Assembly: GCA_030753015.1 (NCBI GenBank)
Contig: JASMDC010000006.1
Coordinates: 64,001-128,000, forward strand
DNA length: 64,000 nucleotides
Source of the DNA: Candidatus Undinarchaeales archaeon
GTDB taxonomy: Archaea; SpSt-1190; JASMDC01
Reading direction: 5' to 3'
A program made the translations under genes and the position numbers. The stretch's first letter is position 1. Each line of letters opens with the position of its first letter. Below, in pieces: positions 49,380 through 58,869 of the stretch. The notes under the pieces are model-generated. The model saw nothing but the letters and a program-made list of their open reading frames with translations. It was not told where the DNA came from and did not search any database.

Positions 49380-51092
49380 TCACGAAGAGGATGCTAGGTA
49401 CGGCCCGATGGCCAGGAAATCGATGGCTCCCTCCGTAAAGGTGCGTACGGCACCGGCAGGATCGTACACCATGGGTGCCTCATGGAGGTTGAAGCTGGTA
49501 TTGATCAGGACGGGCAGGCCCGTGTTCTCCTCGTAGAGCCCGAGCAGTCGATGGAGCCGGGGCGTGGTTTTTGCTGACACGATCTGGGGCCGTGCCGTGC
49601 CATCAACGTGTACGGCACCAGGGCAGTGCTTGCGCATCCATGGAGTGCAGTTCAAGGTGATGGTCATTGTGGTCGCCGGGAGCTCGGCACCGGTGATGTC
49701 GCCGAAGCATTGCTCGACCCGCTCCTCGAGCACGAGCGGGGCGAAGGGCATGAACTCTGTGCGATTGAGGCGATCGTTGAGCCAATCGAGCACGGCCTCG
49801 TCGGTTGCGTGGACCAGGATGCTTCGGTTCCCGAGCGCCCGTGGCCCCCATTCAGCTCGACCATGGAACCGCCCAACCACCTTCCCCTCAGCTAGGAGCT
49901 TTGCCACCTCTGCCTCCAGGTCCGCAGGACGATTGTATGGGACATGGGCACCTTCGAGAGCCGACCGCACCTCGTTGTCAGTGAACCCTCTCCCCAGGTA
50001 GAGGTCGTCCAGGGGCGCTGACGCGGGACGGGCACAGGCGAGGGCAGCTCCTACGGCAAGCCCTCCGTCGCCCATGTGTGGGTGTACGAACACCGAGTCC
50101 ACGCCCTCAAGCTCCCAGAGCCGCTGGTTGAGCCGCACATTAGCGAACACTCCGCCAGCCAGTGCGAGATGGGACAGGCCCGTCCGCCCGACCCATTGGG
50201 CTACTAGCTCGGTCATCCGCTCCTCGATGTGGTGCTGTACCCATGCGGCCACATCCTCACGGTGATAACCAGCGAACATGCGCTCGAGCTCGGGCACCCC
50301 GGCCCATCCCCATCGTCCCAAATAGGTACCGGAGTCCGTGAAGGGGAAGGGGACGTCAACAGCTTTCCAGTCACCTTGTGCGGAGAGGCCCAGGATCTTG
50401 CCCTCGTGGCGGTGGGGGAGGAAGCCGAGCCATTGGGTTATCGCGGAATAGAACATACCAAAGGAGTCGATCCCTTTCATGGCATCGAGCCGTTCGATAC
50501 GACCGTCGGCGCAGCGGTTCACTGTCAGCGAGTACCCGTCCCCCAGGCCGTCGGCGGTGATACCCAGGACGGGATCATGCCCCGACAGGAAATAGGCCCC
50601 TGCGATATGGGCCACGTGGTGATCTATGGGGACGAGGGGCCGGTCCCTGATCGGTCGGGGAAGGTCCTTGCGCATCAAAGCAGGGACCGTGCGGGCGAGG
50701 AGACCCCCGCCCCATGATCCGGGATCGATGATGTTGAGCCCAAAACGGTCCTGGACGAAGTCGGACAGGAAGGGGACGAGCCCTCCTGAACTTGAGGCGC
50801 GGACATCGCCCTCCATGGCCTGGAACCGGCGGACCAGGCGTGCGTAAGGGGGAGGGGTGAGGATGCCACCGACAGCGATAACGTCCACATCGGAGTAGGT
50901 GAGCTCCGATATATCGAGCACCTCGTCGAGCGACCGCTTGGGGAATCCTCCCTGCAGCTTCTTTTGTGTGAGACGCTCCTCGTTGACGGCTGCCAGAATG
51001 GTCCCGTCCTTTACAATACAGGCGCCGCAGTCGTTCTGACTGTCCACCAGTCCGAGTACGACTCCCTTGCGCCAAGAGGATTCAGAGCCCAT
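49380..51092 (-). CDS. NodU/CmcH-family carbamoyltransferase
   Basis: NEERL, HHVAH, DGLGD, EGKILGL, LAGGVFANV.LN, GD.GLA.GAA, EWGPRALGNRS, FMPFAP, HVDGTARPQ, NTSFN; start uncertain (51092 or 51113). Confidence 0.92.
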   Translation of the reverse strand: MGSESSWRKGVVLGLVDSQNDCGACIVKDGTILAAVNEERLTQKKLQGGFPKRSLDEVLDISELTYSDVDVIAVGGILTPPPYARLVRRFQAMEGDVRASSSGGLVPFLSDFVQDRFGLNIIDPGSWGGGLLARTVPALMRKDLPRPIRDRPLVPIDHHVAHIAGAYFLSGHDPVLGITADGLGDGYSLTVNRCADGRIERLDAMKGIDSFGMFYSAITQWLGFLPHRHEGKILGLSAQGDWKAVDVPFPFTDSGTYLGRWGWAGVPELERMFAGYHREDVAAWVQHHIEERMTELVAQWVGRTGLSHLALAGGVFANVRLNQRLWELEGVDSVFVHPHMGDGGLAVGAALACARPASAPLDDLYLGRGFTDNEVRSALEGAHVPYNRPADLEAEVAKLLAEGKVVGRFHGRAEWGPRALGNRSILVHATDEAVLDWLNDRLNRTEFMPFAPLVLEERVEQCFGDITGAELPATTMTITLNCTPWMRKHCPGAVHVDGTARPQIVSAKTTPRLHRLLGLYEENTGLPVLINTSFNLHEAPMVYDPAGAVRTFTEGAIDFLAIGPYLASSS

Positions 51093-51207
51093 GTTCTGAT
51101 CGCAATCCAGCAATCAAGTGATAAAAGAGTTGCGTTCATGGTCACCCAGGGTACGTGACCTGGACCGATATGCTATCTTCGATCCCGGGATGATTCCGTT
51201 TGGATCG

Positions 51208-52020
51208 TTACTCCTTGGTCTTCACTTCTTCGACCACGACCTCGCGCATGGGACGGCCGGTGCCGCCTCTGAACACGTTCAGCATCTCGGCGAATATGGC
51301 CACTGTGATCTCATAGGGCGACTCGGCGCCAACGTCCAGACCAATGGGGGCACGGACCTTCGCTATGGCCTCCTCGGAGACACCATCCCTACGCAGGCGC
51401 TTGAGCGCAGTGCGCGCCTTGTTCCTGCTCCCGATCATCCCGATGTACCCTGCATCGGACTCTACGGCGGTCCTGAGGCAGGTAAAGTCGTGGGCATGCC
51501 CGTGGGTGACGATCACGACAGCGCACATGGGATCCAGGGGTATGGTCGGGACCGTCTCGGTGTATGGGCCGCAGAAGAGCCGCTCGGCCTGGGGGAACCG
51601 CTCCTCGTTGCAGAAATCGGGTCTATCATCGGCCACCCATACGGGGATGCCCATCTTGTCTCCCATGTCCGCGAGCGCCGCCCCGATGTGGCCGCCGCCG
51701 CAGATGACAAGCCTGATGACAGGGCCGTGCGTTTCGATGAACACCGTAACCTTACCGCCGCACACCATTCCCTGCTTTGAGAGGTCGACGTCTATCGTTT
51801 CCGTGACCCGATGCTTCATCAGATGCTTGGCCTTGCCGTGCACGTACTTCTCAACCGCGCCACCGCCGATGCTCCCGACGATGGAACCGTCAGCGCGCAC
51901 GATCATCTTGCTGCCGATGTGACGGGGGCTGGAGCCCTCCGATGCTGTGATGGTGGCTACAGCGAACACCTCTCCCGCATCAGCCAGACGGCTCATCTCA
52001 GCGAGCAGCTTGTCGACCAT
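51208..52020 (-). CDS. XdhC/CoxI family molybdenum-cofactor chaperone
   Basis: GSSPR..GSKM, GSIGGG, CGG, GGGHIG, DDR, YIGMIGS..K, PIGLD..AESP.EI. Confidence 0.92.
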   Translation of the reverse strand: MVDKLLAEMSRLADAGEVFAVATITASEGSSPRHIGSKMIVRADGSIVGSIGGGAVEKYVHGKAKHLMKHRVTETIDVDLSKQGMVCGGKVTVFIETHGPVIRLVICGGGHIGAALADMGDKMGIPVWVADDRPDFCNEERFPQAERLFCGPYTETVPTIPLDPMCAVVIVTHGHAHDFTCLRTAVESDAGYIGMIGSRNKARTALKRLRRDGVSEEAIAKVRAPIGLDVGAESPYEITVAIFAEMLNVFRGGTGRPMREVVVEEVKTKE

Positions 52021-52093
52021 GTCATTCGTCCATATTCAATTCTTTTTTTATCTTCGTCCCTATCGGGCCTGCCTGTTTTCGCACGGACGTCCT

Positions 52094-53113
52094 CTAATCA
52101 TTGAGGGATCGCAGGACCTCGCCGGGAGGGAACACGCCCTGCTCGGTGATGATTGCAGTTATCAGTCGTGCGGGTGTGATATCGAAAGCGTAGTTATAAG
52201 CGCGGGCGCCGGGCGGTGCGATGGGAGTCCCCAGTACCGCGAGCACCTCATTCTCATCGCGCTCCTCGATGACTATGTCTTCTGCTGAGGCCGTTTCCGG
52301 ATCGATGGTGGATGTGGGGGCCGCCACGTAGAATGGGATGCCGTTATCCTGGGCCGCAAGGGCGACCATATAGGTCCCTACCTTATTGGCAACATCGCCG
52401 TTGGCTGCGATGCGGTCGGCGCCCACCACGACCTTCTGGACCATCCCGCGACGCATGAGAAGGCCGGAGGCCCCGTCCGGGATGAGCCTGGCCGGGATCC
52501 CGTCCTCCATGAGCTCGAACATCGTGAGCCGGGCACCCTGGAGCCGGGGCCGGGTCTCGTCGGCGACCACTTTGATGCGCTTCCCCGCCTCGATCGCTGC
52601 CCGGATGACCCCCAGGGCCGTACCGTACCCTCCAGTGGCCAGTGCGCCAGCGTTGCAGTGGGTGAGCACGGTATCCCCGTCCTCAAGCAGGGCGGAGCCA
52701 TGGTGTCCCAGAGCGCGGTTGCGGGCGATGTCCTCTTCGAGGAGACGCTGCGCCTCCGCCAGGGCTCGTACCGCGACCTCCTCGTCGGGGACGTTGCGGA
52801 CCGCGTTCTCTACTCGCTGCACACCCCAGGCGAGGTTGATCGCAGTAGGGCGTGTTCGCAGAAGGCGTTCTCGTGCGCAGGCGAGGGCCTTGCGGGGCTC
52901 GTCCTCGCGAGCTGCCAAGGCCATACTGAATGCTGCAGCGACACCGATAGCAGGCGCCCCACGCACGGCCATACCCTCGATGGCGCAAGCGAGCTCCTCG
53001 ACGGTCTTACATTTGAGCGTGCAACGCTCGAAAGGGAGCAGTCGTTGGTCGATAAGTTCGATAGAGTCATCTGCCCAGCGAACGGTGAACACATGCTCGT
53101 GGACAGCATTCAA
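52094..53113 (-). CDS. mtnA: Methylthioribose-1-phosphate isomerase (eIF2B-alpha family)
   Basis: DQRLLP, VRGAPAIG, RPTAINL, THCNAGALAT..YGTALG, ETRPRLQG, GADRIA.NGD.ANKVG. Confidence 0.93.
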   Translation of the reverse strand: MNAVHEHVFTVRWADDSIELIDQRLLPFERCTLKCKTVEELACAIEGMAVRGAPAIGVAAAFSMALAAREDEPRKALACARERLLRTRPTAINLAWGVQRVENAVRNVPDEEVAVRALAEAQRLLEEDIARNRALGHHGSALLEDGDTVLTHCNAGALATGGYGTALGVIRAAIEAGKRIKVVADETRPRLQGARLTMFELMEDGIPARLIPDGASGLLMRRGMVQKVVVGADRIAANGDVANKVGTYMVALAAQDNGIPFYVAAPTSTIDPETASAEDIVIEERDENEVLAVLGTPIAPPGARAYNYAFDITPARLITAIITEQGVFPPGEVLRSLND

Positions 53114-53429
53114 CGTTAAAAATCGTTCGCTGGCGCCTGAGGGGAAGTGTCAGCGGCGCTAGAACAGGGAAGCGAACTCCCCATAATCGGGCTCGTTAGC
53201 CGGCCCGTGGACCTCGGGTAGCTGGGCGAGGTCCATGCCCTCCCGAAGTTCCTCTGATAGGATTACGTCAACGTGCATTCCATACCCCGAGGTTGGGGGT
53301 TTTGTTTCCCCTTTAAAAAAATATCGTAAAAATGCCCCCAAACGGGAGTCTTACCCGGAGGAACGGAGGGTCTGGGCACCTTGTGCGATACCCTTATTAA
53401 TCATGGCTGTCGATTGACCGAGGGCAGTT

Positions 53430-53993
53430 ATGGGAGAGGTCGTCGCGTTCGTGGAGCTGATGGGGAACTACAACTCCCTCCGCGAGACCGTGGACCTCCT
53501 CAAGGAGCAGGAGCACTGTGCTGCGGTGCTCGCGGTCACCGGACCGTACGACTACCTTGTTGAAGTGCGGTGTCAGAGCATCTGGCAGCTGACCAAGGTG
53601 CTCGACCGCCTCACGAACTTCCCCTGGGTCACCCGCTCCCGGTCCTCGGTGGTAAAGGAGGTCGTGAAGGAGCCGTCGGACTTTACGTTCATCGAGCCCT
53701 CGGATGCTGACCAGAAGCAGATGCTCAAGTCCCATCTCATCGCCACCGTGTCGATCAATGTCCGGACAGGGATGACCAAGCCCCTCGCATCACGGCTCAA
53801 GAAAGTACCACAGGTCGCTCGGGCGTACGTGGTCACCGGGGAGCACGACCTCTTGGCATCCATCGACTGCGGGTCCATGCTGGACTTCGCCGAGTTCCTT
53901 GACACGGTGCACGAGTACGAGTACGTCAAGTCCACGAACACGGCCTTCATGGTCCGGGCCGGCCGGATGTTGCAGCCGAGCGACACGTCCTGA
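53430..53993 (+). CDS. Tandem Lrp/AsnC ligand-binding (RAM) domains without an HTH
   Basis: Two repeats, VTGPYDYLVEV...RSRSSVV and VTGEHDLLASI...STNTAF. Confidence 0.8.
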   Translation: MGEVVAFVELMGNYNSLRETVDLLKEQEHCAAVLAVTGPYDYLVEVRCQSIWQLTKVLDRLTNFPWVTRSRSSVVKEVVKEPSDFTFIEPSDADQKQMLKSHLIATVSINVRTGMTKPLASRLKKVPQVARAYVVTGEHDLLASIDCGSMLDFAEFLDTVHEYEYVKSTNTAFMVRAGRMLQPSDTS

Positions 53994-54013
53994 GGGCGCA
54001 ACGGGGGGAGACC

Positions 54014-54967
54014 ATGTCCCCGCGAATCCGTGACATAGCGACAGTTATCCTGTGCCTGTTCCTCTGCGGATGCTTCTCCTCGGTCCCTGAGGATACTCCG
54101 TCGCCCGCGGACGGGACGTTCATGGTCGGAGGACATACCTACAGGTTCGTCCAGGGAACCCTCGTCCAGGATGACCGCGACAATGACAGTATCGCTGTGG
54201 TCGGTGTGGCATGCGATCTGCACGGGAACGGGACCACCGCAACTGCCCTGGCGGCCCGATTCAAGGACGCTGGTGTTGACATCGTGCTGGTGTGCGGCGA
54301 TATCTGTGATCATTACCGTGATCCGGGACCGGACGACGCGGAGATGGAACGGGTGCTTGCGCCCTTCCTAGCGACCAGCATGCTCGTGCTGACCATCCCC
54401 GGGAACCACGAGCAGATCCCTGTGTACGACGCGGTCATGACCCGCATGGCGACAGCGAATCCGAACCTCGTGAACATGCTCACTGTACCCGTGGCTAAGT
54501 TGGATGACATTTCCATCGTGGCGCTGGGCGGGTACCACGACCAGCGCTTCATCCCGGCCAGCGGTCGCCTTCTGGGGGACGAGGACTACACAGTGGCGGT
54601 GCGTCGGACCACGGGCCTTCCCCTGCCTCGGCTCTTCCTCACTCATGGGCCTCCCCGGTCAGCGCGGGAGGGTGGCGTCGACCAAGTCACCGGCGGTTCC
54701 CATGTTGGCGACCCGCGTCTCAATGAAGTGTTCGAGCAGGGCGGGTTCAACGTTCACGTGTTCGGTCATATCCATGAAGCGGGCGGACGGGCAGAAACGC
54801 CAGAGGGCGATCCTGTCCCCCCGGACACTCCGGTGGCGCGGCTCCTGCTCAACGCGGCACCGGGCTCCCCCTGGACCCTCCTTGATGGCTCGCACACACC
54901 TGGCCAGGCGATGATCGTACGGATGGGGAACAGCACGACATCGTACCGAATCATCAGCGCGTCCTGA
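54014..54967 (+). CDS. Calcineurin-like metallophosphoesterase, probable lipoprotein
   Basis: Signal peptide with lipobox-like LCGC; DLHG, GD, PGNHE, THGPP, FGHIHE. Confidence 0.88.
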   Translation: MSPRIRDIATVILCLFLCGCFSSVPEDTPSPADGTFMVGGHTYRFVQGTLVQDDRDNDSIAVVGVACDLHGNGTTATALAARFKDAGVDIVLVCGDICDHYRDPGPDDAEMERVLAPFLATSMLVLTIPGNHEQIPVYDAVMTRMATANPNLVNMLTVPVAKLDDISIVALGGYHDQRFIPASGRLLGDEDYTVAVRRTTGLPLPRLFLTHGPPRSAREGGVDQVTGGSHVGDPRLNEVFEQGGFNVHVFGHIHEAGGRAETPEGDPVPPDTPVARLLLNAAPGSPWTLLDGSHTPGQAMIVRMGNSTTSYRIISAS

Positions 54968-55078
54968 TCCGGGATCCGCCGGAGCGCCCAAACGGAGTGA
55001 ACTACCCCTCTCCAAGTAAAGGGGCTTCCCGCCGTAACAAAAAAAGAGTTAAAAGCTTGATGACGCGTCATCGACCAA

Positions 55079-56329
55079 ATGGTGCTCCCCATCCCTCGTC
55101 AAGGCGTGAGCATGACCCTTGCCGAGGCTGTGCGGGCGGTGACCTCGATCCCATTCTCCTCCTTTATGGAGGGCGAAGCGTTGGCGCGCTTCGAGGAGGC
55201 CTTCGCCCGGTACCTTCACGCGGAGCATGCCGTGGCAGTGGCCTCGGGCAGGTACGCCTTTCAGTTGGTGATGGATGCTATCGGGTTCACACGGAAGGAC
55301 GAGGTCATCTTCCCGTCCCTCACCATCCCGGTCATGCCCAACGTAGCTATGTGGTCTGCCGCCGTGCGGTTCGCTGACGTATCGCTGGAGAACTATACGC
55401 TCGATCCAACAGCAGCAGCTGACGCGGTCACACCGAGGACGAGGGCGATCGTCCCCACACATCTTTATGGGTGTCCGTGCGATATGGGGTCGCTGGGTGA
55501 CCTGGCCGAGGACCGCGGTCTCGTGATGATCGAGGACTGTGCCCATGCCACGGGTGCACTGTACAAGGGTCGCCAGGTCGGTACCCAAGGAGTGGCTTCA
55601 ATATTCTCCATGGCGACCGGCAAGACCCCCATGGCCTTTGGTGGTGGCATTATCACCACGGACGACGGCGCGATCGATCATGCCGTGCGCGAGGCAGTAG
55701 CAAAGGAAGTGCGACCTTCGAGAACACGGACCACCAAGGCGGTGCTCAAGGACACTGCTGTCTGGGCCCTTACTCGCCAACCCCTGTTCAGCCTGTCAGT
55801 GTTCCCTGCCCTGGCCCTCTCCTCCGCCCTGGGGTCGCTCTCGGGCTCTGCGGCAACCGATCCCTTCGCCGAGGAGGAGCGTCGGCTCGAGACACTGCCC
55901 GCCGGTTCCCGTGGCAATCTCACCAATGTACAGGCCGTCAAGGGCCTTAGCGGGCTTGACCACCTCGATGAGGAGCTGTCCCGGCGCCGGGCGAACGCCC
56001 ACGCGCTAGACCGCGAGCTCGCCGACATACCTGCGCTCACTCTCCCTGGGGCACCCCGGAACGCTGAGCACGCATACCATGGGTACTGCAGCCGTGTCAA
56101 GGACCGAGCCGGTTTCATGAAGCGTATGCTCCGACGCGGCGTGGACACGCGGGCGACCCCCATGATGGCATGTGGATCCCTGTCGATGTTCGGTGGCGCC
56201 ACGGGAAGGTGCCCGACGGCCGAGGTGTTGGCTCGGGAGCTGGTCCACCTGCCCGTTCACCCGCCGCTGGGCAAGCCTGAGATGGCCGCCGTTGCCCGGG
56301 CCGCCCGGTACGTGACGGAAGGCCGCTGA
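55079..56329 (+). CDS. DegT/DnrJ/EryC1/StrS PLP-dependent sugar aminotransferase
   Basis: FEEAFA, ASGR.A, THLYG, EDCAHA.G, FS...GK (Schiff-base Lys), GGG. Confidence 0.9.
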   Translation: MVLPIPRQGVSMTLAEAVRAVTSIPFSSFMEGEALARFEEAFARYLHAEHAVAVASGRYAFQLVMDAIGFTRKDEVIFPSLTIPVMPNVAMWSAAVRFADVSLENYTLDPTAAADAVTPRTRAIVPTHLYGCPCDMGSLGDLAEDRGLVMIEDCAHATGALYKGRQVGTQGVASIFSMATGKTPMAFGGGIITTDDGAIDHAVREAVAKEVRPSRTRTTKAVLKDTAVWALTRQPLFSLSVFPALALSSALGSLSGSAATDPFAEEERRLETLPAGSRGNLTNVQAVKGLSGLDHLDEELSRRRANAHALDRELADIPALTLPGAPRNAEHAYHGYCSRVKDRAGFMKRMLRRGVDTRATPMMACGSLSMFGGATGRCPTAEVLARELVHLPVHPPLGKPEMAAVARAARYVTEGR

Positions 56330-57559
56330 TCACTCCTCTTCGCGGAAGAGGTGCTCCTCGCCTGCCAGGATGCTGGCCGCGCGCTCGCCCTCCAGCTCCG
56401 CCTTGGTCTTCTCGGTATTGGAGCCGCTGTAGATGGCGCCGATGTTGCCGGCAATGCCCATGTACTGGCCCAGCCCGAAGATGAGCGAGGACGCTGTGGC
56501 GACGGTGCCGCCGGCGATACCCAGAGCAATCGCCTTGAATGCGCCGCCGATGGACATCTTGCGCTTCTTGGTAAAGGAGCTGACACCGTAGGACACGAGC
56601 CCCAGCCCGCCGAACTGTACGCCATTGCGGACGTACTGGCCATACTCACCAAGGAGCTCGAGGCTCTCTGCGTCCTCGGGGGCCACCTCGATACGGGCTT
56701 GGGCGATGGCCTCACGGATCTCGTCCATGTGGGCGCCAGGGTTCTTCAGGGCCTCGGTTATGTCAGGCAGCTTCTCATGATCGTATAGGAGTAGCTTGCC
56801 CATGGAGTCGTAGTCCTTGATGTTGCCCGTGATCGCCAGGGCATCGCTGAGCTGGCTGAACGGGTGCCCTGCATCGAAGGAATGGATGTAGTTCTCGGAG
56901 TAGGGCCCGATGTAGTTGTTGGTCGGGTCGACGATGAGATACTGTACGCCCTCTTCGGTCTGGACGGGGACCTCGGCCCAGGCATGGCCCACGCCGCGAG
57001 ATATGCCCGTGCGGATGACGGCAGGTATGCCCTGCTCCCGGGCGATAGCTGTGAAGAGGTTGGCGTGCTCGGCGCACACACCGGTGCCGTCCTGGAATGT
57101 CTCGGCGGCGGTCTCGGGGACGTTGACGTCGTAGATCCCCAAATAGTAGCCGTTCATACCGATGTGCTCCTTGACGTACTCGGAGTCGGCCACGATGGTC
57201 TCGAGCACGGTGTCCTCCTCGAGCTGGGCGGCCACATCCTCCATCTCATCGGTGACCGCAAGATAACCGGTGGTCTCGGTGAGCTCCGCGTAACCGCTGG
57301 TGTCCACGACACTGTCGAGTTCCTCCCAAGAATCCTCCTCCTTGAGCGAGGTGTAGTCGAAGCCCTTCTCCTCCACCTTCTGCTCGGACACCTCGGGATC
57401 CCGGTCCAGGAGCGCGGTGAGCGCGTACCCGGCAGCGAAGAGCCCGCCGAGCAGCATGACCTTGCTCACGTCACCGTTGTTCAAATCATCATTGATGACG
57501 TACCCGTCCGCACCCTCGGCAGCGGCGGAACCGTCGCTCTCAAGATCATATCCGACCAT
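56330..57559 (-). CDS. Acidic membrane-associated transglutaminase-like protein
   Basis: GVCAEHANLF.A.AR..GIPA, HAWAEV, DPT (Cys-His-Asp triad); N-terminal TM and C-terminal Gly-rich hydrophobic helices. Confidence 0.8.
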   Translation of the reverse strand: MVGYDLESDGSAAAEGADGYVINDDLNNGDVSKVMLLGGLFAAGYALTALLDRDPEVSEQKVEEKGFDYTSLKEEDSWEELDSVVDTSGYAELTETTGYLAVTDEMEDVAAQLEEDTVLETIVADSEYVKEHIGMNGYYLGIYDVNVPETAAETFQDGTGVCAEHANLFTAIAREQGIPAVIRTGISRGVGHAWAEVPVQTEEGVQYLIVDPTNNYIGPYSENYIHSFDAGHPFSQLSDALAITGNIKDYDSMGKLLLYDHEKLPDITEALKNPGAHMDEIREAIAQARIEVAPEDAESLELLGEYGQYVRNGVQFGGLGLVSYGVSSFTKKRKMSIGGAFKAIALGIAGGTVATASSLIFGLGQYMGIAGNIGAIYSGSNTEKTKAELEGERAASILAGEEHLFREEE

Positions 57560-57684
57560 TGATACCTACACCTGTCGCGGCGAGCCCTCCCCGCAGGTTA
57601 AAAATCTTTCGGCGGGGCTAAATCGTGCGTTAGCGTGCCACGCAGGAAATCATTATAAGGTTTGGCGGCGGGTCGAGACTTGCG

Positions 57685-58725
57685 ATGTTCAAGCACCGGA
57701 CGCCGAGCCTCAAAGTGCGCAAGGCCATGTCCGTGGCCGCCGTGGGCCTCGGTAAGGACTACACCTCCTCCAAGGGCGCTGGCGCGACAAAGGAGCTTGT
57801 TGCCAAGGTCTCGCGGATGACTGGGAAGGCCCATGTCCGCCCTGTGTCGAGCGGTAACGGTGCCATCTTCGCGGCGCTCTTCGTTGCCCCGGGCCCCGTG
57901 ATGCTGCCCGATACCGGTGGCTGGATCGCGTTCCGAACCCATCCCAAGGTGCTGGGGCTGGCCACCCACGCACTCGAGACCGACGCGGGTTACATCGACC
58001 TCGACCTCCTGAAAAAGCACCTGGACATGAAGAACCCAAAGACCCTCCTCTATAGCGCGTCCTCAGGGTTCCTTGCGGAGAACGACGGTCGCCACATCGC
58101 CGACCTCTGCCGTGACAAGGGGGTCCGGACCATCGAGGACATCACAGGCGTGCTCGGGAGAAAGGACGCTGGACGGCATGCCGATGTTGTTGTTTGTTCC
58201 ACCGGTCCCGCCACCGTGGCCAACCTCCTCTCCGGAGGGTTCATCGCCGCTGACAGCGAGGAGCTCCTGGAGACGGCAAAGTTCGCTCTCTCCCTGGCCG
58301 CGCCCGATCCAGTGACCATCGCGGGGATGGTCGCCGCTCTGGACGAGGCGCCTCGAATCTATCAGGATCTGGTGGAGACGGCCGACCAGCTCAAGAGCGA
58401 TCTTGAGGGGTACAGCCAACTCGTGCATCCGCGGCGACGAGGTATCGGTGTCGGCCTTGATCTGAGCGAGGGTGTGCTCTCCCCCGAGTGGGTGTACAAG
58501 CGCTCTCTGGAGCTCGGCCTCCTCACAGAACTGCGCTCACCGCTCATGCTCAAGGGCCCGCGGTACGATCGACTCGACGTGCCGAGCGTCACCATCGAGC
58601 TTAAAAAGGTTGACATCGCGTACTACGAACGGGAGGCGCTGATCGGCCGCCTTGTCGAGGCCGTCGATGCCCTCCTCAGACCACAGGCCTCCGTAGCTCA
58701 GCTGGTCAGAGCGGCTGATTCGTAA
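57685..58725 (+). CDS. PLP-dependent fold-type I-like protein of unknown function
   Basis: VSSGNGAIFAAL, PDTGGW, IEDITG, VCSTG....N..SGGFI; the 3' end overlaps the tRNA. Confidence 0.65.
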   Translation: MFKHRTPSLKVRKAMSVAAVGLGKDYTSSKGAGATKELVAKVSRMTGKAHVRPVSSGNGAIFAALFVAPGPVMLPDTGGWIAFRTHPKVLGLATHALETDAGYIDLDLLKKHLDMKNPKTLLYSASSGFLAENDGRHIADLCRDKGVRTIEDITGVLGRKDAGRHADVVVCSTGPATVANLLSGGFIAADSEELLETAKFALSLAAPDPVTIAGMVAALDEAPRIYQDLVETADQLKSDLEGYSQLVHPRRRGIGVGLDLSEGVLSPEWVYKRSLELGLLTELRSPLMLKGPRYDRLDVPSVTIELKKVDIAYYEREALIGRLVEAVDALLRPQASVAQLVRAADS

Positions 58726-58760
58726 TCAGCAGGTCGCGCGTTCGAATCGCGTCGGGGGCT
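58687..58760 (+). tRNA. tRNA-Thr (anticodon CGT), no intron, CCA not encoded
   Basis: Acceptor GCCTCCG/CGGGGGC, D-arm GCTC..GAGC, anticodon arm GCTGA-TTCGTAA-TCAGC, T-arm GCGCG-TTCGAAT-CGCGT; followed by TTTCTTT. Confidence 0.96.
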
Positions 58761-58869
58761 TTCTTTATGACCACCTAAGCAGAGCTCAGCATACCTGTAT
58801 ACGGTCTCCAGCGGACAAACCGTTATAAGCCACGATTCGCTGTAAGGAAGTCTCTGACGGGGATGAGGG

